This document shows positions 13,261 to 26,700 of a stretch of DNA of 64,000 nucleotides, piece after piece (the stretch's first letter is position 1; each line of letters opens with the position of its first letter). The position numbers and the translations under genes were made by a program. Source of the stretch: Isurus oxyrinchus (lineage: Eukaryota); contig JANJGN010000019.1 in NCBI GenBank assembly GCA_026770705.1, positions 105,214,001-105,278,000 on the forward strand. The letters are read 5' to 3'. The notes below the pieces were generated by a model. The model was not told the DNA's origin, did no database searches, and saw only the letters and a program-made list of their open reading frames with translations.

Positions 13261-13785
13261 TGAAAGTAAAAATAAGTGCGGCTAACATTTATATATCTAT
13301 TTTTGTTAGTGCCTATTCCTCTCTTTGATGGCTTTCAGTTACTCACTTGGTCTGTATGCCCCACAAGGTCTCAGTCTCTCCTTTGCATTCTCCCTTCTTT
13401 TCCTCCCCTGAAAAATTTGCCTTTTTATGGTGTCTTCTGTTCTGTAGATCACACTCTATGGCCCTTTTACATTTTCCCTCCACATCCTTCCTTTTCCTGT
13501 CACTTCTATTGAAACTTGCAGCCAGATTCAGTGCTTTATTCTTCTTACTGCAGCAAAAATTAGTCTCTCCCTGAGCATTAGGCTCATCCCCAAATTCATG
13601 AGTCCAAAAGCCACAGGAATACTGCAGACAAATTACCGATCTGGAATTACCCATATATGGCTCCAATAACTCCACCTTCCTATCTTAGGTCTCCTTTCAG
13701 GTTATTACAATACAAATCCTTTAAGAATATTAAATGAGTATTAAGGTAGTCTTCTGCTCATTAAGAATGGGCTTCTACACCTAAT

Positions 13786-14730
13786 GGGTTGGATCTTCGC
13801 TTCTGAGGCAGGGAGCAGGAAATTTCTCAGCCCGGTACACCTGCCTTGGGACAATGCGTCCTGAATGGTGCGATTTTCACTCTGGGAAGTGGGGGTTGGG
13901 TGTGATGCGGGATAGAGTCAGGCCCGCCACCCCGGGCACAGATCAGAGGTGGCCACGGGACTTCCAAGTGCAGAGGTAGGCTGTTTAAAAAGCCCGCCTT
14001 GGTTCTCTGGGACTTTGCCTCAGCTGTTTTGTTAAGTATTAGGCCCTCTGGGCTAGCCCCTCGCACTCCATCACCGCACCCCCTACCCACCCTCCATGCC
14101 CCTTCCATGCCAGCTCATGCCCCCCACCCGCCTCCATGGCCCTTTAAAACCCCCAAGCTAACTTGATGGCAACTCATGTCAACCCATGGCCTCCAACCCA
14201 CTCCCATGGTTCCTTATAGCCTCTATGTCAATTTAGTGCCAACTCATGCAAACCCATGCCCCCTCCATCAACTACCCTTTGCCCTTACACCCTCCATGCC
14301 AACTCACCTAGTATTCACCATGGGCAGACCTCAGGAGACATGTTGAGATGAAACAAAATAAAAATCTAAATATCTCTTCCAACCCTTCATCATAATTTAA
14401 AAAAAACTCCCATTCATGAAAGCCCATTCAAAGCTTTAAAAGCCCCTCAAGTATTCAATCCATTATGAAAACAAACAGACTTGTACTTAAAACCCCACAT
14501 CTAATCCTTTCATAACCTTTGAGTTGTAAATCAAGCTGTGAATTTAGGGCCCTCTGCTGGGATAACTGTAGGTTGTTGAAAGCCAACCATTAATAAAGAT
14601 ATAATAATAGCCCTTGGAATAATGTCAACAAACAGCTATTGTAACTGCTAGAACAGATATTTTTCAACCCTCGCTGACACAGGCAGGCTGTTTTTTTTTC
14701 TAATTTTAAAGGGCTGGGGATTACAGTTCA
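13786..14730. mobile_element. GC-rich non-autonomous DNA transposon-like repeat (probably Harbinger-derived) with degenerate CCATGCC/CCATGGC tandem motifs
   Basis: Abrupt GC rise starting at gggttggatcttcgc, cccgcc motifs like those at 53725 and 60238, and repeated ccatgcc/ccatggc units at 14090-14320. Confidence 0.55.
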
Positions 14731-14743
14731 ACATACCTAATCT

Positions 14744-14792
14744 GCCCTGAAGAAGAATCATACGGACTTGAAATGTTAACTCTGTTTCTCTA
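14744..14792 (+). repeat. Penelope-terminus fragment with hammerhead-like core
   Basis: CTGAAGA (14747-14753), short spacer, GAAA (14770-14773), then TGTTAACTCTGTTTCTCT, as in the Penelope end at 47544-47590. Confidence 0.6.
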
Positions 14793-15389
14793 GGTTTTGA
14801 CGTTGGCTTCTTCCCTGAATTACTGTCTGGGCTAACAGGCCATAGTAAGGATGCATCAGCCTGGAAGTTGGAAAAGTGGCAGAATGTACTGTCCAATTCA
14901 GTTGGTCAATGAGAGTCTCCTATGCCTAGTGCCAGGAGACAACCTATTTCTTTCACTTATGTTTGTCTGGAACAAGATATTTGACTGCGATCAGAGCTAA
15001 CATCTTGCCTTGCATACAGCACATCATGGTTTTCTATAATGACCTTTGTCTTTCAAAATCAATGGAATGGTTGGAAATGAAGTACATCATGGAGTGTGTA
15101 AAAAGTGGGAATGTGGTGTCAATGGGAATTCCATGCAGAGGGGGGTAAGTGTTGCTGCTTTTTGCCTCCAACACTTGTAGTGGGCCATGTTAGCTTCAGG
15201 CAGTAAGTATTTAAATTTTTTGTCAAGGTTTGAGTGCAATTTTGGTGGTGGGGCGGGGCAGGTGATGAAAACAGATTTGAAAGGAAGGGAGACTATATCT
15301 GAAGAGAGTGACCCATTAATTTTTTCAAGTAACATGGGGGTCAGGAAGATAGTTGGGTGAGAATAAGGTTGAGTGAGCAGAAAGTGGGT

Positions 15390-15515
15390 CTCACGGACAA
15401 GTGTATAGTTCCAAGTCAGGGTGGTATGGGGCTTGGAGGGGAACTTGCAGGTGGTGGTGTTCCCATGCATCTGCTGCCCCTCTCCTTCTTGGTGGTAGAG
15501 GTCACAGGTTTGGAA
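15390..15515 (-). mobile_element. LINE 3'-region fragment (same family as 18590-19978)
   Basis: Reverse complement gcagcagatgcatgggaacaccaccacctgcaagttcccctccaagcc matches 19770-19830. Confidence 0.8.
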
Positions 15516-15689
15516 GAAACTGGAGAAAATATGACTGAATTAAGACAATCAATCTAATGGTATAGGTAAAGCTGAGGAAAGTGGTGGCAAGCCAAAGCAA
15601 GATATCATCAGTTTACATGTGAAAACTCACCCTGTGCCGATGGATGATGTTATCTAGAAGCAGCATTTAAATGAAAAATATGCCAAAGA

Positions 15690-16560
15690 TAGCCTTTTGG
15701 GGAGATACTGGAGATGATTGCAGAGAGAGGGCAAAAAAATGACATTTCTGGGGAAGCACTAACTATCTCTAGAAAGGTAGTAATGGGACCACGCGATATC
15801 AATCACATGGAGGATAGCAAAGTCAACTGTATTGGACATTAGAAAAGGGTTGAGGATGAAGGAGAAAGATAATGCAGCAAGATTACAATAATATATAATC
15901 ATAAAATAAAATAATTACAATCATAAATCCACACACTATCCTGACTTGGAACTAAATTGCCGTTCCTCTACTGTCGCCAGGTCAAAATACTGAAACTCCC
16001 TTCCTAACAGCACTGTGGATGTACCTACACCACATGGACTGCAGTGGTTCAAGCGGTGGCTCACCACCACCTTCTCAAGGGCAGTTAGGGATGGGCAATA
16101 AATGCTGGCCCAGTCAAAGATGCCCACATCCTGTGCAAGAATTCAAAAAACCTAATTCATGATTTTGGCTTGGGTTGGTTCAGTGCTACGCAAAAGGAAG
16201 AATTTGAACAGAGAGTTTCAGGAGCAATAGGTATGGAACTAGGATGTGATAACATGCCTGAGGACCTCAGGCAGGAAAGGGAGGTTGGAGAGGAAAGATG
16301 GGTCGAGGGTATGCTTTCTCAGTGGAGTGATGATGCCAGTTTTGAAGGGTGAGGGAAAATGGCTGAGGAAAAGAAACTGTTCATGATTTTGCCAGTATGG
16401 TTGCCAAGATGGGAATTTAAATGATCAAGAGCTGAATGAGGAGCAAATTGAGGTAGCAGGATACGAGCCTCATGGATGGTATAAGCTTGGAGGGAGCAAG
16501 GAACTGCAAAAAAAATGGAGTTCTGAGTTAGTACAGGTGGGAGGCTAGATGGGAGAGTGA
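15690..16560 (-). mobile_element. Degraded L2-like relic interrupted by a younger LINE tail
   Basis: Purine-rich + strand with motifs paralleling 5090-5790 (ggaaagggaggttggag; gatggtataagcttggaggg). Confidence 0.5.
15935..16148 (+). mobile_element. 5'-truncated LINE 3' tail
   Basis: atcctgacttggaac...cctaacagcactgtgg...ccttctcaagggcagttagggatgggcaataaatgctggcc...cccacatcc followed by an A-rich end. Confidence 0.88.
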
Positions 16561-17604
16561 AATGGCATTTATCTAATGCAATGGTTCTCAAATTGTGGTC
16601 TGACATGCCATGTTTCTGGCATGAATTAATAATTTACTTAAAGTATATAACTTTAAAAATTGCACATAAATATATTAATACTTAATAGCAAAAATACAGG
16701 AAAATATTTATAGTTTACTCAAATTCCATTAATTCTGATATTGTGTGTTGGCAAGCAAAAGTGGGTGGAGTAAGACCAGTAGGTGATTCGTGAGGTCTTT
16801 TACACCGCCTGGTTGGGTCGTGAAGAGAAACCTTTTGAGAATCACTGATCTAATGAAAGTTGCGAGCCAGGTAAGGAGGAAGGGAGAAGAATCCCAGAGG
16901 CAGTAGCATGAATTGCCTTGTTCTCAGAGAACATGAAATCAATAACCATCTCACATTTGAAGTTGAGATGCAGGAGTGCAGAGAGATTTTTTTTATAGGC
17001 AAAAGAAGCCTGAGATGCCTTTGCCCGCCAGCATAAACAAAATAATGCTTGTTGACTAGGCCTGTTATACACCAGATTGACTCAAATTTTCACCCCTCTG
17101 ATTTGAGTGAATAGAGGAGCAGCAGGAGAGGAGATGGTGATTGATTTGTTTGGATTAAGGACACGCAAAGGTGAAGGAACAATGAAGCAGGTTGGCAGTG
17201 ACACAGGTAGCATCATTAATGGAGGCCAAAGTTAAGCACATTGGGCCTACATGAGTGAATCTGACATACAGAAGATAAAAATGCACCTCAGCTCAAACAA
17301 ACGAGTTCAATAGTTCTAACATCAGTTGCTTGAAACCAGGTGATGATCTTAAGTAGGAATCACCTAAGGAATATGGTGCTTCTTGAACCCCAGCAGATTC
17401 CAATAATATCCCAACTGCACTTGCCACCAAGAAGAGATGGTGGGCAGTACTAGCAATAAACTGGATAGTCAATAGTGCTGAAATGACCTAGTCAAGCAAC
17501 ATTTGTAGAAAAGAAAACTGTTTGTCTATTATAACATCATTAATTATATTAAGGGACTAGCCATCAGTAAATGAACCTTTTCCATTTACCATTATAATTC
17601 TTCA

Positions 17605-18585
17605 GTGTGGATATGCCTGATTGCCATGAGTGTTGTCTTTACTGTTCAGCACCTTCCAGGGGTCCAATGGAGACATGTGCGGGGTCTCTCAGGCAGCCTT
17701 GGCACAACTGCATGGTCTCCCTATGCTCCTGCCAGTTTAGGGCCTCTTCTTATGCGGGCATTAGCGCGTGAATGTCGGCCACTCCATCACCGATCTTGGC
17801 CCTCTCCATGGTCTTGTGGGCCCATTTCTCCTGCAAGCAGCAGGAAGAACACTTCCACTCTCCACACAAGGATCAGCTGACCACATATGCTAGTGACATC
17901 CGTCTGGTAGCTCCCAGATATCTCCTCCATGTGTCTCTCATTGGATGTGAAGGGCACTCCGAACAATAGACAGAGCCTTTGGCCCATATGCATCGGCAGA
18001 CAGCTGGTGCTGGTGTTCCCACTGCCAGTGCCCGGTTGGTCAATCTCTCCCCATGTGACAATCCATCCTGCTTTGCCAATTGCAAACCTCAATGGCCTTG
18101 GGCAATAAGTAGAACTCACCCTGGCAGAGCGGAGGAGTTCACTGAGCTGTTTGCAGCACTGCACCTGTAAGTGTTGCTGGGTACCATGGCAGCTGACCTC
18201 TGCTGCAATTTCCATTCAGGTTTCCTAGGTCAGGTGGTAGGGTCTCTTCTTGCCGTCCCCAGGGAAGACCAACTTCTCAGCTTTACTGTGCAGCCTGGAG
18301 GAGAACTTACAGGGAGGCATCGTTAAACTGTGCGGCCACCCAGTGTCTTTCCTCAGGCATGTCGGCAGCAGCCTCCAAGTCGGCTCCTTGGGCTCAATTG
18401 AGCCAAATGGGGGTGAGGATTTTCCTGTTGACCAAAGGGGTCTTCATAAAGTTAGCTCAGATAAGCCTGAAGATTAAGGGAGAAATGCATGCAAGTCTGT
18501 CACTCTTTAAAGATGGTGCCAGCTCCTGTCTTTCTGTGTGGTGAAGTCAAGAATTAAACCTTGCTGCCCTGCCCCTGCCACATGA
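17605..18585 (-). mobile_element. Harbinger-type Myb/SANT (MADF-like) accessory gene relic
   Basis: Minus strand reads VAAQFNDASL*VLLQAA..EV.FPGDGKKR...WMEIAAEVS...QCCKQLSELLRSAR (partly ORF 17787..18215). This matches the APRF..L..L / W.EIA..V / QCRKRFNDL pattern of Myb_DNA-bind_5 proteins, with stops and frameshifts. Confidence 0.7.
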
Positions 18586-18589
18586 TATG

Positions 18590-19978
18590 AGCTACAACAT
18601 TGGCATCTAACTGGCAATGTGGAAAATTGCCCAGTTATGTCTTGGACACAAAAAGCAGAACAAATCCCACCCAATTACTGCCCCATCAGTCTGCTCGCAA
18701 TCTTCAGTAAAGTGACGGAAGGGGTCATCAACAGTGCTATCAAGCGGCACTTGCTTAGCAATAGCTGCTCACTGACATTCAGTTTGGGTTCCACCAGGGT
18801 CAGTCAGCTCCTGGCCTCATTATAGCTTTGGTTCAAACATGGACAAAAGAGCTGAACTCCCAGGTTGAGGTGAGAGTGACTGCCCTTGACATCAAGGCAG
18901 CATTTGACTGAGTGTGGCATCAAGGAGCCCTAGCAAAACTGGAGTCAAAGGGAATTAGGGGGAAAATGCTCCGCTGGTTGGAGTCATACCCAGCACAAAG
19001 GAAGATGGTTGTGGTTGTTGAAGATCAATCATCTCAGTCCCAGTAATTCATTGCAGGAGTTCCTCAGGGTAGTGTCTTCGGCCCAACCATCTTCAGCTGC
19101 TTCATCAATGACCTTCCTTCCATCATACGGTCAGAAGTGGGGATGTTTGCTGGTGATTGCACAATGCTCAGCACCATTTGCGACTCCTCAGATACAGAAA
19201 CAGGCCATGTCCAAATGCAGCAAGACGAGGACAATATCCAGGCTTGGGCTGACAAGTGGCAAGTAACATTCGCACCACACAAGTGCCAGGCAATGACCAT
19301 CTCCAACAAGAATCTAACAATCACCCCTTGACATTCAATGGCATTACCATCACTGAATCCCCCCACTATCAACATCCTAGGGGATACTATTGACCAGAAA
19401 CTGAACTGGACTAGCCACATTGATATTGTGGCTATAAGAGCGGGTCAGAGGCTTGGAGCCTTGCAGTCAGTAACTCACCTCCTAACTCCCTAAAGCTTGT
19501 CCAACATTTACAAAGCACAAGTCAGGAGTGTGATGGAATACTCTCCCCTTGCCTGGATGAGTATAGCTCCAACAACGCTCAAGAAGCTTGACACCATCCA
19601 GGACAAAGCAACCTGCTTGATTGCCACCCCTTCCACACACATTCACCCCCTCCACCACCACCGAAGTGGCGGTAGTCTGTATCATCTACAAGATGCACTA
19701 CAGAAACTCACCAAGACTCCTTAGGCACCACCTTCCAAACCCATGACCGCCACCATCTACAAGGACAAGGGCAGCAGGTGCATGGGAAAAGCACCAAGTG
19801 GAAGTTCCCCTCCAAGCCACTCAGCATCCTGACTCCTAACAGCACTGTGGGTGTACCTACACTGCAGTAACTGCAGCGGTTCAAGGAGAGGTCAGCACCA
19901 CCTTCTCAAGGGTAATTAGGGATGGGCAATAAATGCTGACCTAGCTAGTGATACCCACATCCCATAAATGAATAAAAA
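18590..19978 (+). mobile_element. 5'-truncated CR1/L2-group LINE containing most of the RT domain and the 3' end
   Basis: Motifs NYCPISLLAIFSKVTEGVIN, QFGF, ALDIKAAFD*VWH, GVPQGSVFGPTIFSCFINDL, MFAGDC (YADD equivalent), WADKWQVTFAPHKC and IYKAQVRSVMEYSPLAW. Tail cccataaatgaataaaaa. Interrupted by stops and frameshifts. Confidence 0.93.
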
Positions 19979-19989
19979 GACAAAGACTT

Positions 19990-20182
19990 TATGGTCAGAT
20001 TAACGCCAACAGTGCAGGCTCAATTGCTGTTCCAGCTGAGGTAGACTTGGGTCCTGCCTCTTCACCTACTCTCTGCTTGATGCATTGTGGTGCCCCTCAA
20101 GCTATATAACCAATTGTCTCTCTCTCTAATAGAGAGGGATGCACACAGTCCCTTGTGGACTATGGCGAATTACCTACCTACT
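19990..20182 (+). mobile_element. Probable short SINE
   Basis: B-box-like caggctcaattgctg, an internal tctctctc/agagag hairpin, and a 3' end ggactatggcgaattacctacctac with short tandem repeats. Confidence 0.45.
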
Positions 20183-22729
20183 CGGAATTTTATATTACTT
20201 TTTGGTCAATCATAAAATTGACTGTAGTTTGCAAATCAGAGATTTTTGGGAAAGGAGTTTCTGTACAGCCAGAGAAGCTGGAAGCTCCAAAAAGGAGGTG
20301 TTATAGCACTAGCATTGACTGGGAGGTGGAATTAGAGCATGACAAGTTCACATAAGCAGTTTCCATTATTATTGTGGACACAGGAATATAAAATGGAGAA
20401 AAGTTGAAACAAAAGTCTGACAGAAATGCAACACAAAGGAAGACTTTTCAGAACAGAAGGGGACACTGTAGTAAGCTTTTTAAATATATTATAGATATAG
20501 GCTGAATGTTGTGCCCATCACATACAGTTTTACTCTATTTTAAAACTATGCTGTGTGTTTAATAGATACAAAAAATGAAAAAAATACTTCTATAAAAAAT
20601 TAAAATTGTAATAGGCTCCGGGTTCAGAGCCCCTTTGAAACACATTTGAGTGAAAACATTTATCAAGTCCTCCATGTTAGTGTATTATTCATTTTAACAT
20701 GAATGAATAATTGTCTAGAAAATGAAGCGTATACTAGTGACCACCCGATAAAACTCAGCGGCAAGAGTTACAAGAAAAATCCTCCCATGTGGTTAAACAA
20801 CGTGCTGGCCAACCATTTTTCAATCAATCAATCATGGGGGTGGGTGAAGTTGTGGCAGAAGTGTTCCAATGCGAGACCAAATTTTGGTCTCGTCCAGATA
20901 TAAACATCATTAAATCCTACCTTGCAGATGCTAAAAGCAGTCAGGAAACCTCTTGGATGCTGGGTATCATTACAGGGCTTTAAATTGGTAAGGAAGAACC
21001 TCTGGTTCGAGGTAGTGTTTTTTTTTTGGGTAGCCCATGTTAGGAAGGGTAAACCAAGTCTTGGAAGATGATTAGTAGAATAATTGTAGTAATGATCTGC
21101 CTAAGGGCAGGTCCTCTGCTCCTTTCTCCACGCCTCAGTCTTTTGCTTTCCTCTTCAGTTGCTTGTAAGAGCCTCCCATTTTCAGTTTCAATTTCAATCA
21201 CCAATATGATTCGGAAAAAAGAATACATGAAGTGGTCTCCTATTGTTTTCCTCATGTGTGCTTAAAGGAAATACAAGTCCTCTTCCCAAAGGATCCTCCA
21301 CCTGTAAGTAGCCCTTGTCCCTCAACGTTCTAGCTCTTCCACCATCCCAATCGGAAATTTGCTGGTTCCATAGTAGTCCATGGCTCGTAACCCTGAGCAT
21401 GGGACTCTTATCTGAGGCTTGCAAAACAAAAGGGACAACCACCTTCTCAGGTATCAAATGGCCCTGCTATCTAAGTCAAATAATACCTGGGATAAAGCAA
21501 GTTAACTATGATGGCTGGATAAATGTCGCTTGTGTGCACTGGAAATGAGGAAGTTAATGGTGTTTAAAATGGAAAAGGAAATTTAGAGAAAAGATAACAA
21601 TTCTCCTTCCTAGTAAGGGAATCTTGAGGAAAAAGGACTTAATTTTAAAATTAGGATTAAAGGAAGAAGTTTCATTTATCGAATGCCTTTCACAACCTCA
21701 AAGTTCCAAAATGCTTCAGAGCCAATATAGTACATTTGAAGTATATCAGAATTATAACGTAGGAATACGCCACATACATGATGGCCTCTTTCTGTGCTGT
21801 AACTTTTCTATGGTTCTAAAATGCAGCTGCTAATTTTCAAGTTAAAAGCCAATCCTGGAAAAGTTTCTGCAAACAGTGGGTTATGCACAGGGTACAATGC
21901 CTCAGAAAATCACAGAAACAAAACTAACTGAGATGTTATATAACAGATAAATAACTGAGGTGAGAGCAGGAAATTGGGATTATAAAGATCTGCCGTGGCT
22001 AACAAACTAGCAGAGCAGGGTCTAATGTTCCCAGAAGTAAAAGGCAAGTTTCTAACCCACGGTATCACACAGTGACTGGTTTCATATTAACAGCAGTCAT
22101 ACACTCAAAGGAAGAGGACTTTAAATGAAGCACCAGATGTGGTTCCCTTTTGTGTTAAAGCAAACCAACTTTCAAATATCTTTCATAAATAAATAGTAAA
22201 CAAAGCATAGAACATATCCCCTTAAATTCTCCAGTAACAAACAGATAAAAGATAGAAGCAGTCAACACTAACATCTTAATGGTATTAAACACAAATTCCC
22301 TTTTCAGTCGTTCTCTGAAACTATAAAAGATCTAGGTAAGGCATCTATCACCTCATTCTGTATTCAAAGAGCAGACATTTCACACTTTTAGGTCAACTTT
22401 CCAGTAGCAAGGCTACAGGGGCAATATGATGCTATTAACACATTGAATAGAATACTTGAGAGACTCCTTTTTCTCCTCCCATTCTCCACCCAGCCCCACC
22501 ACTTCCCATTAGCAAATAGTAGAACAGTGGAATTAGTTGTGGATTGCGATAACGAAGACATGACACAGCCAGAATGAGCCAAATGGCCACTTCTGTGCTG
22601 CTGTACAGCCATTCCAAGTTGGAACAATTTTGTATCAATTGCTTCCTTTTGCTATGGTGGTTTATAGCAATTTCCAATTAACTTTCTTCCCTGCTGCCAT
22701 TGTTTTTCATACAAACAGTGGCCAACTCA

Positions 22730-23230
22730 TCTTCATCTTAAATTAAGTCAACTATTAAATCCAACAAACGCTCCCTGATTGGCATTTCTCTTTTTCCTGC
22801 CCCCTCCGAATATTTTGCATGCCTTGTGCACCCACATATTATCTTTAACCAACTTCATTGTTAAGCCAATTATATATACACTTCCTCGTCCGGCAGATCA
22901 ACCTTCAAGCTTGAATACCTTGCTCCTTATATTCCCCATATAAACAATTCACTTGATCGGTTTTATAATGATTCAAGCTTCTAGGTACTTGTTTATTGAT
23001 TCTATTCCTAATTTCTCAATGCCTCACCTCCCCTGTCATGAATGCTTACTCCATCCTAGTATTTGATTTTCATCATTCTCCATTTAATACTTCACCTCTT
23101 CCATGCTGCCAAACCACACCGCCAATAGTTTCAATATTTCCTAATTGAATTACACAAGTTCTTGTTCAATTTTTAGCTCTCTCTTTAGACATAGTCCATG
23201 CCTTTGTTAAATCCATTAGAATAATGTTTG
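22730..23230 (-). mobile_element. Degraded CR1 ORF1/esterase-region relic
   Basis: Pyrimidine-rich + strand with residual CR1-like segments (tcaagcttctaggtacttg; ttccatgctgccaaaccacacc). Confidence 0.35.
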
Positions 23231-23536
23231 AATGCTCCTAAATTCTTTATGCAATGAACAAAGGCAATATTATTTAGCTTTGTATTACCACTTTGCTATT
23301 CAAAGTGAGCAACGTTACTATCCGGCATTTTTATAACTATTTCCCTCATTTCTTTTCTAAAAGGGAAGGGCCCACGTTCAATGCCAAGGGCTGAGTTTTT
23401 AGGAGCCGCTGTGGGTGGGAAGAGGTGGGTCAATGATGAAAGTACGAGCACCGGCAGGTTTCCTGTCACCATCCAGTTTCACTGGGGTGGGGGAAGGGCA
23501 GCCCTAGGAACCAGACCAATCCATTAATAAGCTTAA

Positions 23537-23780
23537 GGACAAGGGCAGCAGACACATGGGAACACCACCACATGGTAGTTCCCCTCCAAGTCACTCACCA
23601 TCCTGACTTGGAAATATTTCGTTGTTCCTTCATTGTCACTGGGTCAAAATCCTGGAACTCCCTAACAGCACTGTGGGCTGAAGCGGCTCAAGAAGGAAGC
23701 TCCACTTTCTTAAGAGCAATTAGGGATGGGCAATAAATGCTCACCTAGCCAGTGACACACACATCCCAAGGATTAATAAT
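23537..23780 (+). mobile_element. LINE 3' tail nested in the Harbinger relic
   Basis: ggacaagggcagcag...ttagggatgggcaataaatgct...acatccc, the same family as 18590-19978. Confidence 0.88.
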
Positions 23781-26700
23781 GAAACATAGGATAAAGAACT
23801 CAATGAGAATTCATTGAGGTTCATTTTGAAATTTTGGTGAGGGTGTACAGATCCCACAATAGTGTAGAAGCAGACCAGGTGCATGAAGGCAGATTCACAG
23901 TGGGGATCCAGTCATAGAACCCAACAAATTAGCATAGTGCATAAGAGGGGGCACTGCTCAAAGGGGGACTCAGCCATTGACACGTAGGCACCACCAGGTT
24001 AGTGCAGGTTGCAGGGAGAGTGGTCAGTAGGGGTTTGGACAGTGCAGTGGGTTGTCACCTTTCTGGCATCAGGGGGCCTTAAGAGGCAAGGCTTCCAGGC
24101 ACAATTGGGAGGCCTCCTGAGCATGAGGAAGGCAGCAGCTGGCAGCAGGAGAATGTCTCAGATTTTGTATCCAGTGGCATTGAGGAGGAACACCCTCCAC
24201 AGGAAGGGCAGAGCCACAGTCATTAGGAGGGCAAAGGAGTGAAACAAAGGGGCAGGAAGGCAACAGAAATCATACTCTCAGCATAGGCAGTACTGTCAAA
24301 GACAGAGCTCCCTTGAGATGACAGAGAACCAGTGCCTCAGGAGACTGACAATTCTCCAGGCAGATGATCACAGAGATTTGTACTCTCATAACACAAGACC
24401 TCACACCTCTACCTCGTAGCACTGCTTGCCACAGCTTGCAAGTAGCCAAAGTCACTGTAGCCTTGAACTTCACCACCTCTGGCTCCTTTCTTGGATTAGA
24501 TGCAGATCTTAGTGGCATCTTGCAAACAGTTGTACAGTATTGATTCTCGCAGGTCACTCGTGCTCTACTTCTCAGAATTGGACAGTACATTCAATTCCAA
24601 ACAGATGGGGCCTCACAGGCACAGAGGGCAGTGGGTTTCACCTCCATCACTGGATTCCCCCAAGTGCAGAGCATCATTGATTACATCTATGTGACCATCA
24701 AGGAACAGGCTGAGATGCCCAGAAAGAGCTGCTGTTCAGCTGCAGTTCAACTTATCTGCAATGGCAACAGAAGTTTCCTGCATGTGAGTTCTTGTTTTAC
24801 TTGCAGCTGCTATGACACCTTCATCCTCTGCCAGTCCAAACTGCTGCTGCTCATCATTCCACCACCCAAACTCCAGATGGATTCTGAGAGACAAGGAAGA
24901 AGAGATGGCTATTCACCCCTCCACTAGAGCCTGGGACAGGGGCACAGAAGCTGAAGTCATGTGCTCATTAGGGCAGCCACTGAGCAGGCCTTCAGGCCTC
25001 TTAAGGTGCGGTTCCATTAGCTGCGCCAGTCAGGTGGTGCGCTGCAGTACACTCCTGCAAGAGTGCTGCACATTGTGGACACTCTGTAACATGGCCCTCC
25101 AGTGAGGTATGGACCTTATAGAAGGTAAAGTGTTGGATGCACACAGCTTACCAGAGGAAGAAGCAGATGAAATGGATGAAGATGAGGAGGAAGATGCCCC
25201 CACCGCACAGGGAGGAGGCAAGAGTCCAGCATGGGGCTTAATGATTTTGTTAGGATTCCATCAACATCAGGGATCATCTGATTCTGGTTCATTTTAGTTG
25301 AGCCCCTCCAACCCAGGAGGAATGACATGGCCTAGACTCATTTTGCGCTGTCTACGAGAACATTTCCATTGAAGATCCTTCCTGGAAGGCTCAGCTCACT
25401 GCCAATGAAGGATACACACCTGTCCAGAGATTTTGCATGTCAAAAAGTGCAAAGTTACAGGTGAGGCAAACCCCAGTGACTCACTCATTGCTCTACCCAA
25501 CGCAGTAGGCTCTGCTCTTAGCCACCTCCACACCGTGCTCCCCTGGAGGCCTTGGAGAGGGAGATAGATTGCTCATTTGATCTGCCTGTGGCTGAGCGAC
25601 ATGTGGCTGTTGTCCTCATCATGGAGATTGCGAGTGGAGGCACCAACAGATGGTGCTGCAACTGTGCCTTTGCAGGGGCAACCTGTGTAAATGGGCTCTG
25701 TTGCACAGAGCTCTCTCAATCAGAGGGGCCAAAGGGACCGATGACTATGATGACATCCTGAGAGGGGTGGCACCCTCATCCTCCTCTGCAACTGTCACTG
25801 CCTTTGGTTGGCTCTTTGGAGAGTTAAAAGGGACCATCAGCTGGAGCGAAATTAGCATCGCCTCCAAATATCCCCGAGACACCAGTGCCATTGTCCGGTC
25901 CAGGCTACATAATATGGCATATATCCTGTGAATATCAGTGCGCAGTTCCTGCATGCACCGAGCACTGCTGCATATGGTTGGCCACTCTCGCACCATACTG
26001 CACATGAGCTGAATGAGTTCCTCCGTTCTCAGCCCATGCCCCCTCACTGCCTCAGGGAACTCTGACATGCGGCAGCACATCTATTGATGCTGATCTAAGT
26101 GGAGCCGGCTTTCCTGTGACTCCAGAGGCTCTGCATCTGCGTCCAGCTGATAAGGGCTGTGTCTGTCCTCCATCCCTCTGCCTCTCACCTCCTCCCTCAC
26201 TCGTGACATGCTCATCATGCAGTGCCACCCTATCTAACAATAAGTGAGACCCAACGACAATATTTGCGCTGGCGGAGAGCACACCTGTAAGGAGTGACAT
26301 TGCTTGCTCTGAGTCTGCTCTGGCACGGTTTCACCCAGCAATGGGACCAGAATTGGTCTTTGCACCGCAACATTAGAACCTGTGGGAGGTACAAAAGGAG
26401 ATCATGAGAACTTGCTTTGGTAAGTAGAAGCCTCTGCAGTGCTAAGGCTTCTCAATGAAGCTGAGTCTTCAGCATTCTTTTGGGCGGGCTGGGGTCCAAT
26501 GCACCCACTTAAACAATGCTTTCCAGTTTCTATTCACCTTCTCTCCCAGGGAACCCATCTTGCCTTCCTCTACTTGCTCGTGATCAGTGATCCTGGTGAT
26601 CTCCATCTTTCATGCTGGTGATGATGTATAAGATGGGAATCCTTCCTCCTGTACAGCTCCTATGCAGGCATTGTGAGTATTTTCTCCAGCAAGGACCAAA

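Noticed and set aside
14090-14320. CRISPR-like or coding tandem array
   Set aside because: Irregular, degenerate CCATGCC-type low-complexity repeats inside a eukaryotic transposon-like element, with no constant repeat-spacer periodicity.
15390-16148. Twin-priming inversion of one LINE copy
   Set aside because: The two opposite-strand pieces cover adjacent LINE regions but are about 420 bp apart with unrelated sequence between them and no shared TSD. Independent insertions are the simpler explanation.
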